Assembly: GCA_965223505.1 (NCBI GenBank)
Contig: CBDCWP010000030.1
Span: forward strand, 160,001 to 224,000
From: Planctomycetota bacterium
GTDB taxonomy: Bacteria; Planctomycetota; PLA2; JAEUHO01
Length of the DNA: 64,000 nt
Reading direction: 5' to 3'
The position numbers and the translations under genes were made by a program. Below the pieces are notes generated by a model. The model was given only the letters and a program-made list of their open reading frames with translations. It did not search any database and was not told the DNA's origin. Numbering within the stretch: the stretch's first letter is position 1; every line of letters starts with the position of its first letter. Positions 9,305-19,811 of the stretch are shown one piece after another.

Positions 9305-11311
9305 ATGGCGAAGGCACCCAGGCGACGCTCGGGCGGAGGCGGTCGCCGTCGAAGCCAACGACCTGCGAAGCCGGTCCGTCCGGCGAAGCCCTCCGTTGCG
9401 AAACCGCAACCGCCCGCCGCAGCGCCGGTCGCCAAGCCGGCCCCCGCCCCGGTCGCGCGTCCCGCGGCGGCGCCCGCCCGTCCGGCGGCCGCAGCACCTG
9501 CCCGTGGTGGCCGCGGACGCATGTCCGAGGAAGAGCTGCCGCGCGCACCGCGCGAACGCCGCGTCGCGTCGAGCGGCGGCATGAGCATCGGCGCCAAGGT
9601 CGGTCTGTTGTGCGGGCTCGCCACGCTGGTGATGGTCGCGATCGTCGTCTTCGGCATGGGCGCCGTCGGCGGCGGCGGCACGGAGGCCGACCCTGCCCGC
9701 AAGCTCGGCACCCGGACGGTGGCCGTGCTCGGCGCGTTCGAGCCGGGGCTTTGGACCGGCAAGTCCACCAGCTCGAAAGACGGCATGAAGGCGCTGCGTC
9801 GCGACTTCAAGCGACTGTTCGGCGAAGAAGGCTTGATGTGGTGGGACGACAAGGTCGCCGAGATCACGAACATGTCCGTCGTCGACCAGATGGACGCCGA
9901 CGAGAAGCGTGAGCACATGGAGCGGCTCGACGAGTACAAGACCGCGGAAAAGACGATCAAGACCGGCGGCGCCTCCGGCAAGACCGACACGGGCTCGGCG
10001 ACGATGCGCCTCAACAAGGTCGTGGAGAGCGCGGGCATCGGCGATCACCGCCTGCTCGGCGCCTGGGTGACGAAGGGCCGTCTGGGCGCGAAGGGCGAGT
10101 GGCTCGCCGGGTCGCTCGAGGAAGCGGCGGTCAGCTACGATCCGACGAGCTTCGTGCTGGACGGCCGCATCGGCGAAACGCGCGGCAGCGTGCAGCGCCA
10201 AGGCGATACGTACGACGTGCGCATCTTCGCGACGCAGTCGGGGCTCACGGGATCCGTGACCAATTACGTTGCGGTCTGGTCCGACCCCGCGGCGGCGGGC
10301 GGCTCGAGCGGCTCGAACCCGCTCGGCATCGCCATGCTGCTCTTGGCGCCGTTGGTCGTCGGTGGCCTGGCCTTCGGCCTCGCCAACGGCCACGCGCAGG
10401 GCGTTCGATCGCTGACGCGCGAGATCGACCGCCTGGGCACGCACGGCGATCCGACCCGCAACCTGCACGGCCACGGCGCGGAAGCGTCGGGCCTGGCGCG
10501 CGCCGTCGAGCGCATGGTGGCGAACCTCGAGTTCCGCTCCAAGCACGACGACGCCGACATGGACGAGGTCGTTTCCAAGGAGCAGAAGGTCGCGCAAGAG
10601 ATCCATCACGCGCTGATGAGCAAGAACCCGCCGCGGCTCTCGAACTACGAGGTCGAGACGCTGTTCAAGCCGGGCTACGAGATCGGCGGTGATCACTTCG
10701 AGTACTTCGCCATCGACCAGAACCACCTGGGCGTGATCCTCCTGGACACGAACGTGCGCGGCATCCAGGCGGCGCTCGTGATGTCGGCTGCGAAGGCCTA
10801 CGTGCGCGCCGCCGCGCCCGGCAACCTGTCGCCCGCGGAGGTGCTGCGGATCGTCAACCGCAACCTCGCAGGGGACCTGCCGCGCGGCCGGCACGTGACG
10901 GCGCTCTACGCGGTCATCGACATCGCCCAAGGCAAGTGCACGATCGCGAGCGCGGGCCACTTGCCGCTCATCGTGTACCGCCACAGCGAAGGCAAGGTGT
11001 TCAAGGTCAACCCCGAGGGCCTGGCCATGGGTCTCGACAAGGGGCCGGTGTTCGACAAGTCGCTCGACGAGGGTGACATCCCGTTGGGGGTCGGCGACCG
11101 CATCGTGCTCTACACGGACGGCGCACTGAAGATCCAGAACGCCGACGGCGAGGAGTACGGCGAGGCGCGGTTCCACCAGGCGGTGTCCCAGAAGGCGCCC
11201 ATGAACTCGCAGGCGTTCGTCAACTTCGTCGGCAGCGGCATCGACCAGTTCCACTTGGACGCGCCGCAGAACGACGACATCACGATCTCGACGGTGAAGC
11301 GCCTCAAATAG
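9305..11311 (+). CDS. Membrane-bound SpoIIE/RsbU-type PP2C phosphatase with HAMP-like region
   Basis: Two TM segments; IGGD, ASAGH, LYTDG, QNDDIT motifs. Confidence 0.85.
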   Translation: MAKAPRRRSGGGGRRRSQRPAKPVRPAKPSVAKPQPPAAAPVAKPAPAPVARPAAAPARPAAAAPARGGRGRMSEEELPRAPRERRVASSGGMSIGAKVGLLCGLATLVMVAIVVFGMGAVGGGGTEADPARKLGTRTVAVLGAFEPGLWTGKSTSSKDGMKALRRDFKRLFGEEGLMWWDDKVAEITNMSVVDQMDADEKREHMERLDEYKTAEKTIKTGGASGKTDTGSATMRLNKVVESAGIGDHRLLGAWVTKGRLGAKGEWLAGSLEEAAVSYDPTSFVLDGRIGETRGSVQRQGDTYDVRIFATQSGLTGSVTNYVAVWSDPAAAGGSSGSNPLGIAMLLLAPLVVGGLAFGLANGHAQGVRSLTREIDRLGTHGDPTRNLHGHGAEASGLARAVERMVANLEFRSKHDDADMDEVVSKEQKVAQEIHHALMSKNPPRLSNYEVETLFKPGYEIGGDHFEYFAIDQNHLGVILLDTNVRGIQAALVMSAAKAYVRAAAPGNLSPAEVLRIVNRNLAGDLPRGRHVTALYAVIDIAQGKCTIASAGHLPLIVYRHSEGKVFKVNPEGLAMGLDKGPVFDKSLDEGDIPLGVGDRIVLYTDGALKIQNADGEEYGEARFHQAVSQKAPMNSQAFVNFVGSGIDQFHLDAPQNDDITISTVKRLK

Positions 11312-11387
11312 GCGCCGTGACATCCACGAGACAAAACACCCGGCTTCGGGCCCACTTTGTGTCCCGGCGCAGGGACCGGAGCCCGCG

Positions 11388-11720
11388 ATGAACGAAAGCG
11401 ACGAGGTGCCGCCCCCCCACCACACGCTCGGCGGCTTCCAGCGGCTCATCGACGCGACCTACGGCGAGCGGGACGCGACGCGCGGCGTCGAGAGCACGTT
11501 CATGTGGTTCACCGAGGAGGTCGGCGAGCTCGCGCGGGCGCTGCGAGCCAACGACCCCGGCAATCTGCGCGAGGAGTTCGCGGACGTGCTGGCCTGGCTG
11601 ACCACCCTGGCCTCCCTGTCGGGCGTCGAGATGGAGGACGCGGCGGCTCGCTACGCCGGGGGCTGCCCGCGCTGCGAACAGGTTCCGTGCCGCTGCAGCC
11701 GGGGGCCGACGAGATCTTGA
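11388..11720 (+). CDS. MazG-like nucleotide pyrophosphohydrolase
   Basis: EEVGELARA, EEFADVLAW, C-terminal CPRC..PCRC. Confidence 0.85.
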   Translation: MNESDEVPPPHHTLGGFQRLIDATYGERDATRGVESTFMWFTEEVGELARALRANDPGNLREEFADVLAWLTTLASLSGVEMEDAAARYAGGCPRCEQVPCRCSRGPTRS

Positions 11721-11888
11721 TCGTCGTAAAGACCTTAGAATAAATGTCTTACGGAATAGTGCCTTTTTTTGATGCTGATCCTGTGGCCATACTGTGCGTC
11801 ACAAGGTAATGTACCGCTGTCTGCTTGAGGGTTAGGCATCTTTCCCCCCTGGATGCCTCGGGTTCTCGAGTCAGAGGAAAACGGGTGA

Positions 11889-11926
11889 CGGCCCCCCGGC
11901 GGCGCGCCGGGGGGCCGGTTTTCTTT
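11889..11926 (+). terminator. Intrinsic terminator-like hairpin
   Basis: CGGCCCCCCGGC/GCCGGGGGGCCG 12-bp stem followed by GTTTTCTTT. Confidence 0.55.
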
Positions 11927-12220
11927 CCCCCGCGGGTGGCCGAGAACGGCCCCGGAGACGGCCTCGAACCGGCCTGCGAACCGGACCCGAAGATTCGGAA
12001 GCACTCTGCGTGCGTGCTACATTTCGCCGCACCAGGGCAGGGCTCGCTGGAACGGTGCCGGGGAGGCGCGGCGCGAGCCGGAGGCTCCGACCCCATCGAA
12101 GTCGTCGCGCGGGCAGCGAAACCGGCGGTCGTCCGTCCTCGCGTTTCGTGCCGGCGTGACCGATTCCATGGGGTGCGGGGCCCCTACCGGCCCTCGTCTG
12201 GGTACGTAGGAGACTCCGGG

Positions 12221-14502
12221 ATGGAACTGCGTCGGATCATCGTAGCGCTCGCGCTCGTCTCAGCGGCCGCGGCTTGTCAGTCGACGCCGCTCGACAACAT
12301 CTGGCCCGGCTGCCAGACCTGCCCGCCGGTCGCGGCGCCGGCCGCCTTGGTGCCGTGGGAGGTCCGGATCGACGAGCGAGTCTCCCCCGCCGTGGACTGC
12401 AACCCCCGTTCGCACGCAGCACACGCTCGTCGTCACGGTGCTGGACCAGTGCGGGAACCCGATGCCCGGCCAGCGCGTCGAGTGGATGCTCGCGCGCTAT
12501 CCCGAAGCCGTCGGCGACATCGTCGCGGTGGACGATCAGTACGGCGTCGGCGCCATCGCGCCGATGTCCCACGCGTACCCCGGCAACAACGGCAACAAGA
12601 TCGACAACCACTACGCCGTCTCGGTCACGAACTACGGCCCCGAATTGCTCGACGCCGGCAACAACCACCCGTACGCGGACGCCAACGGCAACCGCCTTCC
12701 GGACATCACCATCGGACGCGGCCAGTCGTGGCTGACGATCACGTCGACGCGCGAAGGCGTGACCGACATCATCGTGCTCGTGCCCGGCATCCGCGACGGC
12801 ACGAAGCACAAGACCTGGGCCAAGAAGGTCTGGGCGGACTTCCGCGTGAACTTCCCCGAGAGCGCGACCAACGTGCTGCCGAACGACACGCACACGTTCC
12901 CGGTGCAGGTCACACGCTCGGACGGATCGGGCATCGAAGGCCAGGTCGTCGACGCCGAGATCCTCGACGGTCCCCGGCGGGATCTTCACGAGCTCGACGG
13001 CGAACACGGCGTCGAAGCAGACGGATGCCAACGGTGTGGTCGAGTTCGTGCTGCGCAACACGAGCGGTCAGCTCGGATCGAACCGCGTGCGGTTGACGGC
13101 GCGCGGGGCGTTCTATGGCGAGATCTGTCCACAGTCGACGATCGTCACCAAGGAATGGGTGAGCGCGAGCCTGGAGATCGTGTGTTCGTTCCCGACGCCG
13201 AGTGGCGTCGTCGGACGGCCGCTGGACAAGGTCATCACGGTCACGAACACCGGCACGGCCGCCGCGGAGAACGTGGTGCTCGAGGACGTGCCCGGACCGG
13301 GCCTGAACATCGCGGACGGCAGCAGCTTCCCGATGCAGCTCGGATCGATCGCGCCCGGCCAGAGCGTTAGCCAGACCGTGCAGTTCACGAGCAACGCGGA
13401 GGGCTCGTACACGAACACGGTTCGCGTACGTGACACCGGCAGCGCCGCCAGCGCCGAGTCGACGTGCAGCGTAGAGTTCGTGCAGGGCAAGCTGGAGCTG
13501 CGCAAGGTCTGCGAACCCACGAAGGCGAACGCGGGCAGTGAGGTGCGCTTCGTCGTCACGGTGGCGAACACGGGCCGCGGTCCGCTCGAGAACGTGATGA
13601 TCGTCGACGAGTACCCGGCGGGCATCGAGCAGACCAGCCAGAACACCGCGTCGATCCCGGTGATTCCCGCGGGCGAGAGCCGCGAGATCGTGTTTACCGG
13701 CGTCGCGTCGGAGCCGGGCACGTACACCAACACGGTGCGCGCGTCCGCCGACGGCATCGGCGAGCAGCAAGCGTCCTGCAACCTGCAGGTCGTCGAGTGT
13801 CGTCTCGACATGCAGCTCATCGGTCCCGAGAACATCTACTACGGCGAAGAGGCCGCCTTCACCCTGAAGGTGACCAACAAGGGCGACGGCGACGCCGACG
13901 GATGCACGGTCCGCGTGACCTACGGCGGTTGCCTCGGCTCGAGCTTCCAGGACTTCAACATCGGGCCGCTCGCGCCCGGCCAGGAGTGGATGCACGACTT
14001 CAGCCAGAGGGCGACGACCGTCGGACAGTGCATCGTGACAGCGGAGTCCAACTGCGGTGCGCGCTGCGAGATCAAGCAGGACGCGACGATCACCGTGACG
14101 GGCCTGACGGCCTTGCAGGTCGAGATGACCGACAAGGCGCTCGACGGCTCGGAAGAGGGCATCTTCCGCGTCGGCGAGTCCTTCATCTACCGCTTACGCG
14201 TCGAGAACGACGTGGGCACCGAAGCGACCCCGGAGCTGATCGTCGAGTGGGCGCTCCCGCCCGAGCTCGAGTTCGTGACGGGACGCAGCCTGAGCGGTGA
14301 CGCGACGGTCGCGGGTGAGGGCACGGACGCCAAGAGCTCCGCGTTCTCGCTCGGCGTCGGCGGCTACATCGACTTCGAGATCCAGGTGCGGGTCATCTCG
14401 GCGCCGGACTCGTCGCTCATCAAGGTCGAAGCGCTGGTCAACCGCGCCGCGGACGGCGTGGAGCTGGCGGCGGAGACCGAGAGCACGACCGTCAAGAACT
14501 AG
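12221..14502 (+). CDS. Large Cys-rich DUF11/Ig-like repeat lipoprotein (OmcB-like), split by two apparent +1 frameshifts
   Basis: Lipobox AAAC; repeated ITVTNTG..AENVV / VTVANTG / LKVTNKG motifs; removing one C at 12403-12407 and one at 12972-12975 gives one 759-aa frame. Confidence 0.8.
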
Positions 14503-14617
14503 ACGCAGGCGCCGCCTACGAACGCAACCGGCACGAGGGGCCCGCCCTTCGGGTCCAGCTTGCGGCCCACCGCGAACCTGGGATGATCTGCCGGCCGTTG
14601 GGGCACCAGGAGGCGGC

Positions 14618-16312
14618 ATGCGGTCGGACCTCGAAATCGCGCGGACAGCGACGCTGCGTCCGATCCAGGAGATCGGCGCGGAGATCGGACTGATCCCCGA
14701 GGAGATCGAACCCTACGGCCACCACATGGCCAAGGTGTCGCTCTCCGCGATCGAGCGCCTGGCCGACCGCAAGAGTGCCCGCTACGTCGTGGTCAGCGCG
14801 ATCACGCCGACGCCGTTGGGCGAAGGCAAGACCGTCAACACGATCGGGCTCTCGCTCGGGCTCGCCAAGCTCGGACGCAAGGTCGTGACCTGCATCCGCC
14901 AGCCCTCGATGGGGCCGCTGTTCGGCATCAAGGGCGGCGCGGCGGGCGGCGGCTACAGCCAGGTCGTGCCGATGGAGGAATTCAACCTCCACCTCACCGG
15001 CGACATCCACGCGGTACAAGCCGCCCACAACCTCATGGCCGCGCACGTCGACACGTCGATCCTCCTGAAGAACCGGTTCGAGTTCGACGGCGAGCGCGTC
15101 GTCTGGCGGCGCGTGTCGGACGTCAACGACCGCGTGCTGCGCCAGATCATCCTCGGCCTCGGCGGCCGCAAGAACGGCATCCCGCGGCGTTCGGGATTCG
15201 ACATCGCGGTCGCGAGCGAGCTCATGGCGATTCTGGGGCTGGCCGACGGGTTGCAGGACATGCGCCGCCGGATCGGCCGCATCATCCTGGGCTACAAGTC
15301 GGACGGCAGCGCCATCACCGCCGAGGACACGAAGTGCGCCGGCGCGGCGACCGTCGTCATGCGTGACAGCATCAAGCCGACGCTCATGCAGACGATGGAG
15401 GGCACGCCCTGCTTCGTGCACGCGGGGCCCTTCGCGAACATCGCCCACGGCAACTCGTCGATCGTCGCGGACCGGATCGCGGTGCGCCTGGGCGACTACG
15501 TCGTCACCGAGGCGGGCTTCGGCGCGGACATCGGCGCGGAGAAGTTCTTCAACATCAAGTGCCGCGCGTCGGGTCTGAAGCCGACGGCGGCGGTGCTGGT
15601 GTGCACCGTGCGCGCGCTCAAGATGCACAGCGGGCGCTTCAACATCGTCCCCGGCAAACCGCTGGACGAGGACCTCCTGCGCGAGGACCTCGACGCCTTG
15701 CGCGCCGGCATGCCGAACCTCGAGAAGCAGATCGAGAACCTCCACAAGCACGGCGTTCCCGTCGTCGTGGCCATGAACCGGTTCCCGACGGACACCGATG
15801 CCGAGTACGCGGTCATCAAGGAAGCGGCGCTCGCCGCGGGCGCGCACGGCTGCGAGGTGAGCGACGTGTTCGCCAGCGGTGGGGAGGGCGGCGTCGAGCT
15901 GGCGGAGGCCGTCGAACGTGCGTGCGAGGCCGGCAGCGACTTCACGCATCTGTACGACACCGAAGCGCCGATAGCGGAGAAGATCGAGACGATCGCGCGG
16001 GAGATGTACGGCGCGGCCGGCGTCGAGTTCGCCAACGAAGCGCAGGCCGACATCGAACGTTACGAGACGCTCGGCTACGGCAACCTCCCGATCTGCATGG
16101 CGAAGACGCACCTGAGCCTGTCCCACGACCCCCAGCAGAAGGGCCGCCCCGAGGGGTTCCAGCTGCCGGTGCGCAACATCCGGCTGGCCGCGGGCGCGGG
16201 CTTCCTGTACCCGCTGTGCGGCGAGATGCGCACGATGCCGGGCCTCGGCTCGCGCCCGGCGTTGGAGCAGGTCGACATCGACGACGACGGGCAGATCGTG
16301 GGCCTTTTCTAG
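14618..16312 (+). CDS. fhs: Formate--tetrahydrofolate ligase
   Basis: ITPTPLGEGKT, KGGAAGGGYSQV, HAGPFANIAHG, VTEAGFGADIGAEKF; AGGAGG RBS. Confidence 0.97.
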   Translation: MRSDLEIARTATLRPIQEIGAEIGLIPEEIEPYGHHMAKVSLSAIERLADRKSARYVVVSAITPTPLGEGKTVNTIGLSLGLAKLGRKVVTCIRQPSMGPLFGIKGGAAGGGYSQVVPMEEFNLHLTGDIHAVQAAHNLMAAHVDTSILLKNRFEFDGERVVWRRVSDVNDRVLRQIILGLGGRKNGIPRRSGFDIAVASELMAILGLADGLQDMRRRIGRIILGYKSDGSAITAEDTKCAGAATVVMRDSIKPTLMQTMEGTPCFVHAGPFANIAHGNSSIVADRIAVRLGDYVVTEAGFGADIGAEKFFNIKCRASGLKPTAAVLVCTVRALKMHSGRFNIVPGKPLDEDLLREDLDALRAGMPNLEKQIENLHKHGVPVVVAMNRFPTDTDAEYAVIKEAALAAGAHGCEVSDVFASGGEGGVELAEAVERACEAGSDFTHLYDTEAPIAEKIETIAREMYGAAGVEFANEAQADIERYETLGYGNLPICMAKTHLSLSHDPQQKGRPEGFQLPVRNIRLAAGAGFLYPLCGEMRTMPGLGSRPALEQVDIDDDGQIVGLF

Positions 16313-16314
16313 CG

Positions 16315-17079
16315 ATGGAGGCCGCCGCGACGACGTTGGACGGCGGCCGCTTCGGCATCGTGCGGGCGATCTGCTTCGGATATGTCGCGTTCCTCATCAC
16401 GCTGATCACGTTCGTGGTCGCAACGGTCGCGCTGATCTTCGATCCGCGGCACGGACGCGTTTCGTACGTCGTCGTACGGCTGTGGTCCCGCTGCTTCCTC
16501 GGCATGTCGGGGTGCAGCGTCCGCGTCGAAGGGCTCGACAAGCTCGACGCGAGCGAGCCGCGGCTCCTGATCGCGAACCACGCATCGTGGTTCGACCCGC
16601 CGGCCATCTGGTTGGCGTTCCCGAGACAGGTGCGTTTCGTCCTCAAGCACGAGCTCGTCAAGGTGCCGTTCGTCGGTTGGTACGCGAAGATGGCCGGTCA
16701 CTTCCTCCTCGATCGGTCCAACCCGCGCAAGGGCATGGCGCTGCTGAAGAAGGCGATCGCGCGCGTGCATCGCGACAAGGTGTCGCCGGTCGTCTTTCCC
16801 GAAGGGACGCGCAGCGTCGACGGCAAGCTCGGCCCCATTCGCCCGGGTGCCTTTCAGCTCGCCCTGCAAGCGGGAATCGACATCCAGCCCGTCGGCATCT
16901 TCGGTACGCACGAGATCATGCCGAAGGGCTTCGCGTACCCGCGCCGCTGCGGCGCGATCCTGGTCCGGTTCGGCGATCCGATCTCGACGGCGGGCCCGAA
17001 AGGCAGCGCGCGTCGCAAGGAGCTGGCTCGCGAAGCGCGCGACGCGCTCGTCGCCTTGGGCGTCGCGGCCTCGACCTAA
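16315..17079 (+). CDS. plsC: 1-acyl-sn-glycerol-3-phosphate acyltransferase
   Basis: NHASWFD and FPEGTRS motifs. Confidence 0.85.
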   Translation: MEAAATTLDGGRFGIVRAICFGYVAFLITLITFVVATVALIFDPRHGRVSYVVVRLWSRCFLGMSGCSVRVEGLDKLDASEPRLLIANHASWFDPPAIWLAFPRQVRFVLKHELVKVPFVGWYAKMAGHFLLDRSNPRKGMALLKKAIARVHRDKVSPVVFPEGTRSVDGKLGPIRPGAFQLALQAGIDIQPVGIFGTHEIMPKGFAYPRRCGAILVRFGDPISTAGPKGSARRKELAREARDALVALGVAAST

Positions 17080-18068
17080 CGCGAACGGACCAGCACGGTC
17101 TCGGCAATGGACTCGTCGGCGATGATCGGCGCGGCGTCGCGCAGGAACCGCCGGCCGTCGGCGAAGTAGCCTGCCGTGGGTCGAAGCGCCGGGTTGCGCG
17201 CCGCGAACCACTCGTTGAAGCACCGCATGAAGAGCTCCCGCGTGAGCTTGGCCGCCATGCTCGCCCATCCGACCGCGAGCGACGCGCGGTCGCCCTTGGT
17301 CACGAAGCGGAACAACAGCTCGCGATCCGGCAGCCGCACCCGGTAGCGGCTCTCGTCACGCGGCGCGCGGCAGGCGTCGAGCTGCGCGAACGGGAAGAGA
17401 CTCGAGAGGTACCCCGCGTAGTCCTTGCGCCCGCCGTGACGGTCCATGACGACGATCGCGTCCTCGCCGGGATGACGGTCGAGGATCGACGTGACGAGCG
17501 TGCCCGACAAGATGCCGAGGACGCCGGCCTTGTTGCCGATCTCGTGGAAGGCCGCGTTGAGCTCGATGGCGTCCACGGGCAACACGCGCAGGTCCAGGGC
17601 TTCGACGCTCACGGCGGCGAAGCGGTCGTGCAGCGGGCCGGTCCAAGGATAGGTCGGTAGCGTGGCGGACTCGAGCGACTGGAACCACGGCACGCGCGCG
17701 AACTCGTCCGGCTGGCGGTCGGAGAATCGAAAGACCAGGTCCGCGAGGTCGGCCGGCGGCGCCTGGTCCATCGCCGCCGCGAACGCGCCCACGCCTCGCG
17801 CCAGGCCCTGCAGTCCGCAGCGCTGCAACACCAGCTTCGAGTCGTCGATGGGCACCGGCAGCGGCTCGTCCCAGCCTTCCTTCGCGGTCGGCGTGTTCCG
17901 GACCAGCGAACGCAACTTCGAGCGCAGACCCGGCTGCCACCGTGAGCGCGGTTGCACCCGGAACGCAGTGGCGCCGATCGCGAGCGGTCCGAGCAACGGA
18001 CCGTAGCCGGCCTCGTCCACGCCGATCGTGAGCACGCGTCCCTCCGCTGCCGCTTCCGTTGTTCGCAT
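17076..18068 (-). CDS. RNase HII-like protein
   Basis: IGVDEAGYGPLLGPL, DDSK, ASMAAK, GY; start uncertain. Confidence 0.7.
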   Translation of the reverse strand: MRTTEAAAEGRVLTIGVDEAGYGPLLGPLAIGATAFRVQPRSRWQPGLRSKLRSLVRNTPTAKEGWDEPLPVPIDDSKLVLQRCGLQGLARGVGAFAAAMDQAPPADLADLVFRFSDRQPDEFARVPWFQSLESATLPTYPWTGPLHDRFAAVSVEALDLRVLPVDAIELNAAFHEIGNKAGVLGILSGTLVTSILDRHPGEDAIVVMDRHGGRKDYAGYLSSLFPFAQLDACRAPRDESRYRVRLPDRELLFRFVTKGDRASLAVGWASMAAKLTRELFMRCFNEWFAARNPALRPTAGYFADGRRFLRDAAPIIADESIAETVLVRSR

Positions 18069-18195
18069 CTTCGCTCGGCCGGGGTCATGTCGAAGCGACT
18101 TCGCCGGCATTTTCGCCCTGCGCTACGACGGGTCTGCGTCCCGCCCGCGTGACCGTATCCGTGCGTATGATGTGCGCCGGCCGGGGCTTCACGAC

Positions 18196-19290
18196 ATGCG
18201 CATCCTCAGTTCCGCGTTGCTGGTCTGCGCCCTCGCGGCCTGTCAGTCGGCGCCCGGCCCGGCATCTCGCGACGCGTCCAAGGCGCCCGCCCTCTCCTCG
18301 CCCGCGGTCGTCACCGTGCTGCTCTGGAAGCCGGGCAAGGGGCGCGACCAGGGCACGGGCTTCTTCGTGGCCCGCGACCGCGTGGTCACCAACGAGCACG
18401 TGATGCTCGGCGCCACCCGCGCCACGATCCGCTTCGCGAACGGCCGCGAGGCGCCCGTGCTCGGCGTCGTCGCGTCGGACCCCGACGCCGATCTCGCTCT
18501 GCTGCACGTCGAGCCGGGATGCGCCGTCCAGCCGCTGACCTTGACGCAGGAGGTGCCGTCCGTCGGCGCCCTCGTCGCGACCATCGGCAGCCCCGGCGGC
18601 ATCGCCCAGACCGTCCATCGGGGCACCGTGCTCAGTCACGTGATCACGACCCGCTATCTGGAAGACGCCGTGCACCTGAGCCTGCCGTCGGAGTCGGGCG
18701 CAAGCGGGAGTCCGATCCTCAACGGGAAGCGCGAGGTCGTGGGCGTGCTGGCGCAGAAATGGCAAGGGCGCGACGGAGCGCTCGCCGTGCCGTCCGAGCG
18801 CGTCGCCCGGCTGAGCGAGGGCCCCGTCCAGACCGTCTCGGAATGGTCGGAGCAGGCGTTGCACGATGCGCGGGTCGCAGGCCGCATGATGATGCCGTCG
18901 GCCTATCACAAGACGGACCTTCCGGAGCGACCGGAGGACGCGCTGTTCGGGCTGCAAGACGCGCGCGACCTCATGGGCAGCCTGCATCTGCGCGCGGTCG
19001 CCTCCTACTGGATCGGCGCGAGCCTCGCGAACCTCGGGCGCCCGGAAGAGAGCGCGCACGCGTACCGGTTGGCGATTCGCTGGAAACCGCGTTTCGTCGA
19101 GGCGCACGAGATGCTCGGTCGAACGCTCGAAACCCTCGGGCGACACGACGAGGCCCTGGCCGCGTTCGAGGCCGCGCGCAGATTGAGCCCCGGAAGTCGG
19201 GTCGGACGCGACGTCTCGGGCTCGCGCCTCGCAACGCGCACGAACGGAGGCGCGCTGCGACCGGCCGGCCGGCCGCGCGCCGCCCGCTAG
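18196..19290 (+). CDS. Trypsin-like (S1) serine protease lipoprotein with TPRs
   Basis: Lipobox LAAC; GTGF, TNEHV, DLALL, GASGSP; C-terminal TPRs. Confidence 0.85.
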   Translation: MRILSSALLVCALAACQSAPGPASRDASKAPALSSPAVVTVLLWKPGKGRDQGTGFFVARDRVVTNEHVMLGATRATIRFANGREAPVLGVVASDPDADLALLHVEPGCAVQPLTLTQEVPSVGALVATIGSPGGIAQTVHRGTVLSHVITTRYLEDAVHLSLPSESGASGSPILNGKREVVGVLAQKWQGRDGALAVPSERVARLSEGPVQTVSEWSEQALHDARVAGRMMMPSAYHKTDLPERPEDALFGLQDARDLMGSLHLRAVASYWIGASLANLGRPEESAHAYRLAIRWKPRFVEAHEMLGRTLETLGRHDEALAAFEAARRLSPGSRVGRDVSGSRLATRTNGGALRPAGRPRAAR

Positions 19291-19293
19291 CCC

Positions 19294-19575
19294 GTGACGC
19301 GGGCGCAGCTGACGGCGGCCTTCGCCGCGCTCGCCGTGATCGCCGTGCTGGGCTGCACGATGACGTGGGCGGCCCCGGTCGAAGGCGCCGGCATGCACGA
19401 GCGATTCCTGGAGAACGACGTTCCCGAAGCGGTCCGACGGATGCGCGCCGACATGCGCGAGCTCTACACGCAGCTGCCGGCGGAGGGGATCGACGGCCCG
19501 TTCCACGGCGGGATCACCATCGCGCTCGCCGTCTTGGGCGCACTCGCCGCGTCGTTGGGGGCGCGGCGAACCTGA
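19294..19575 (+). CDS. Small membrane protein
   Basis: Two hydrophobic segments; directly follows protease gene. Confidence 0.45.
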   Translation: MTRAQLTAAFAALAVIAVLGCTMTWAAPVEGAGMHERFLENDVPEAVRRMRADMRELYTQLPAEGIDGPFHGGITIALAVLGALAASLGARRT

Positions 19576-19577
19576 AC

Positions 19578-19811
19578 GTGCCTCCCCCGACCGCACGCGT
19601 GATCTCGAACACCGCGACGCTGCTTCTGGGAGCGGCGTTCGCGATCACGCTGTGGGACTGCGGACACTCCGTCTTCGAGGGGCGTGCGGAACGCGCGACA
19701 GGCATCTTCGTGACGCTCGGCGCGCTGGTGCTCGCGTGTCTCGCGTCGGCGTTCGCCGTAACGGCGCGCGTGCCGTCAAACGGAGGGCACGCGTCGGAGG
19801 ACGTCGCATAG
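19578..19811 (+). CDS. Small membrane protein
   Basis: Two hydrophobic segments; overlaps convergent gene end. Confidence 0.35.
   Translation: MPPPTARVISNTATLLLGAAFAITLWDCGHSVFEGRAERATGIFVTLGALVLACLASAFAVTARVPSNGGHASEDVA

Noticed and set aside
12403..12975. Programmed frameshifting or phase variation of the OmcB-like gene
   Set aside because: Runs are only C4-C5 with no slippery heptamer, and the same error type occurs in unrelated genes.
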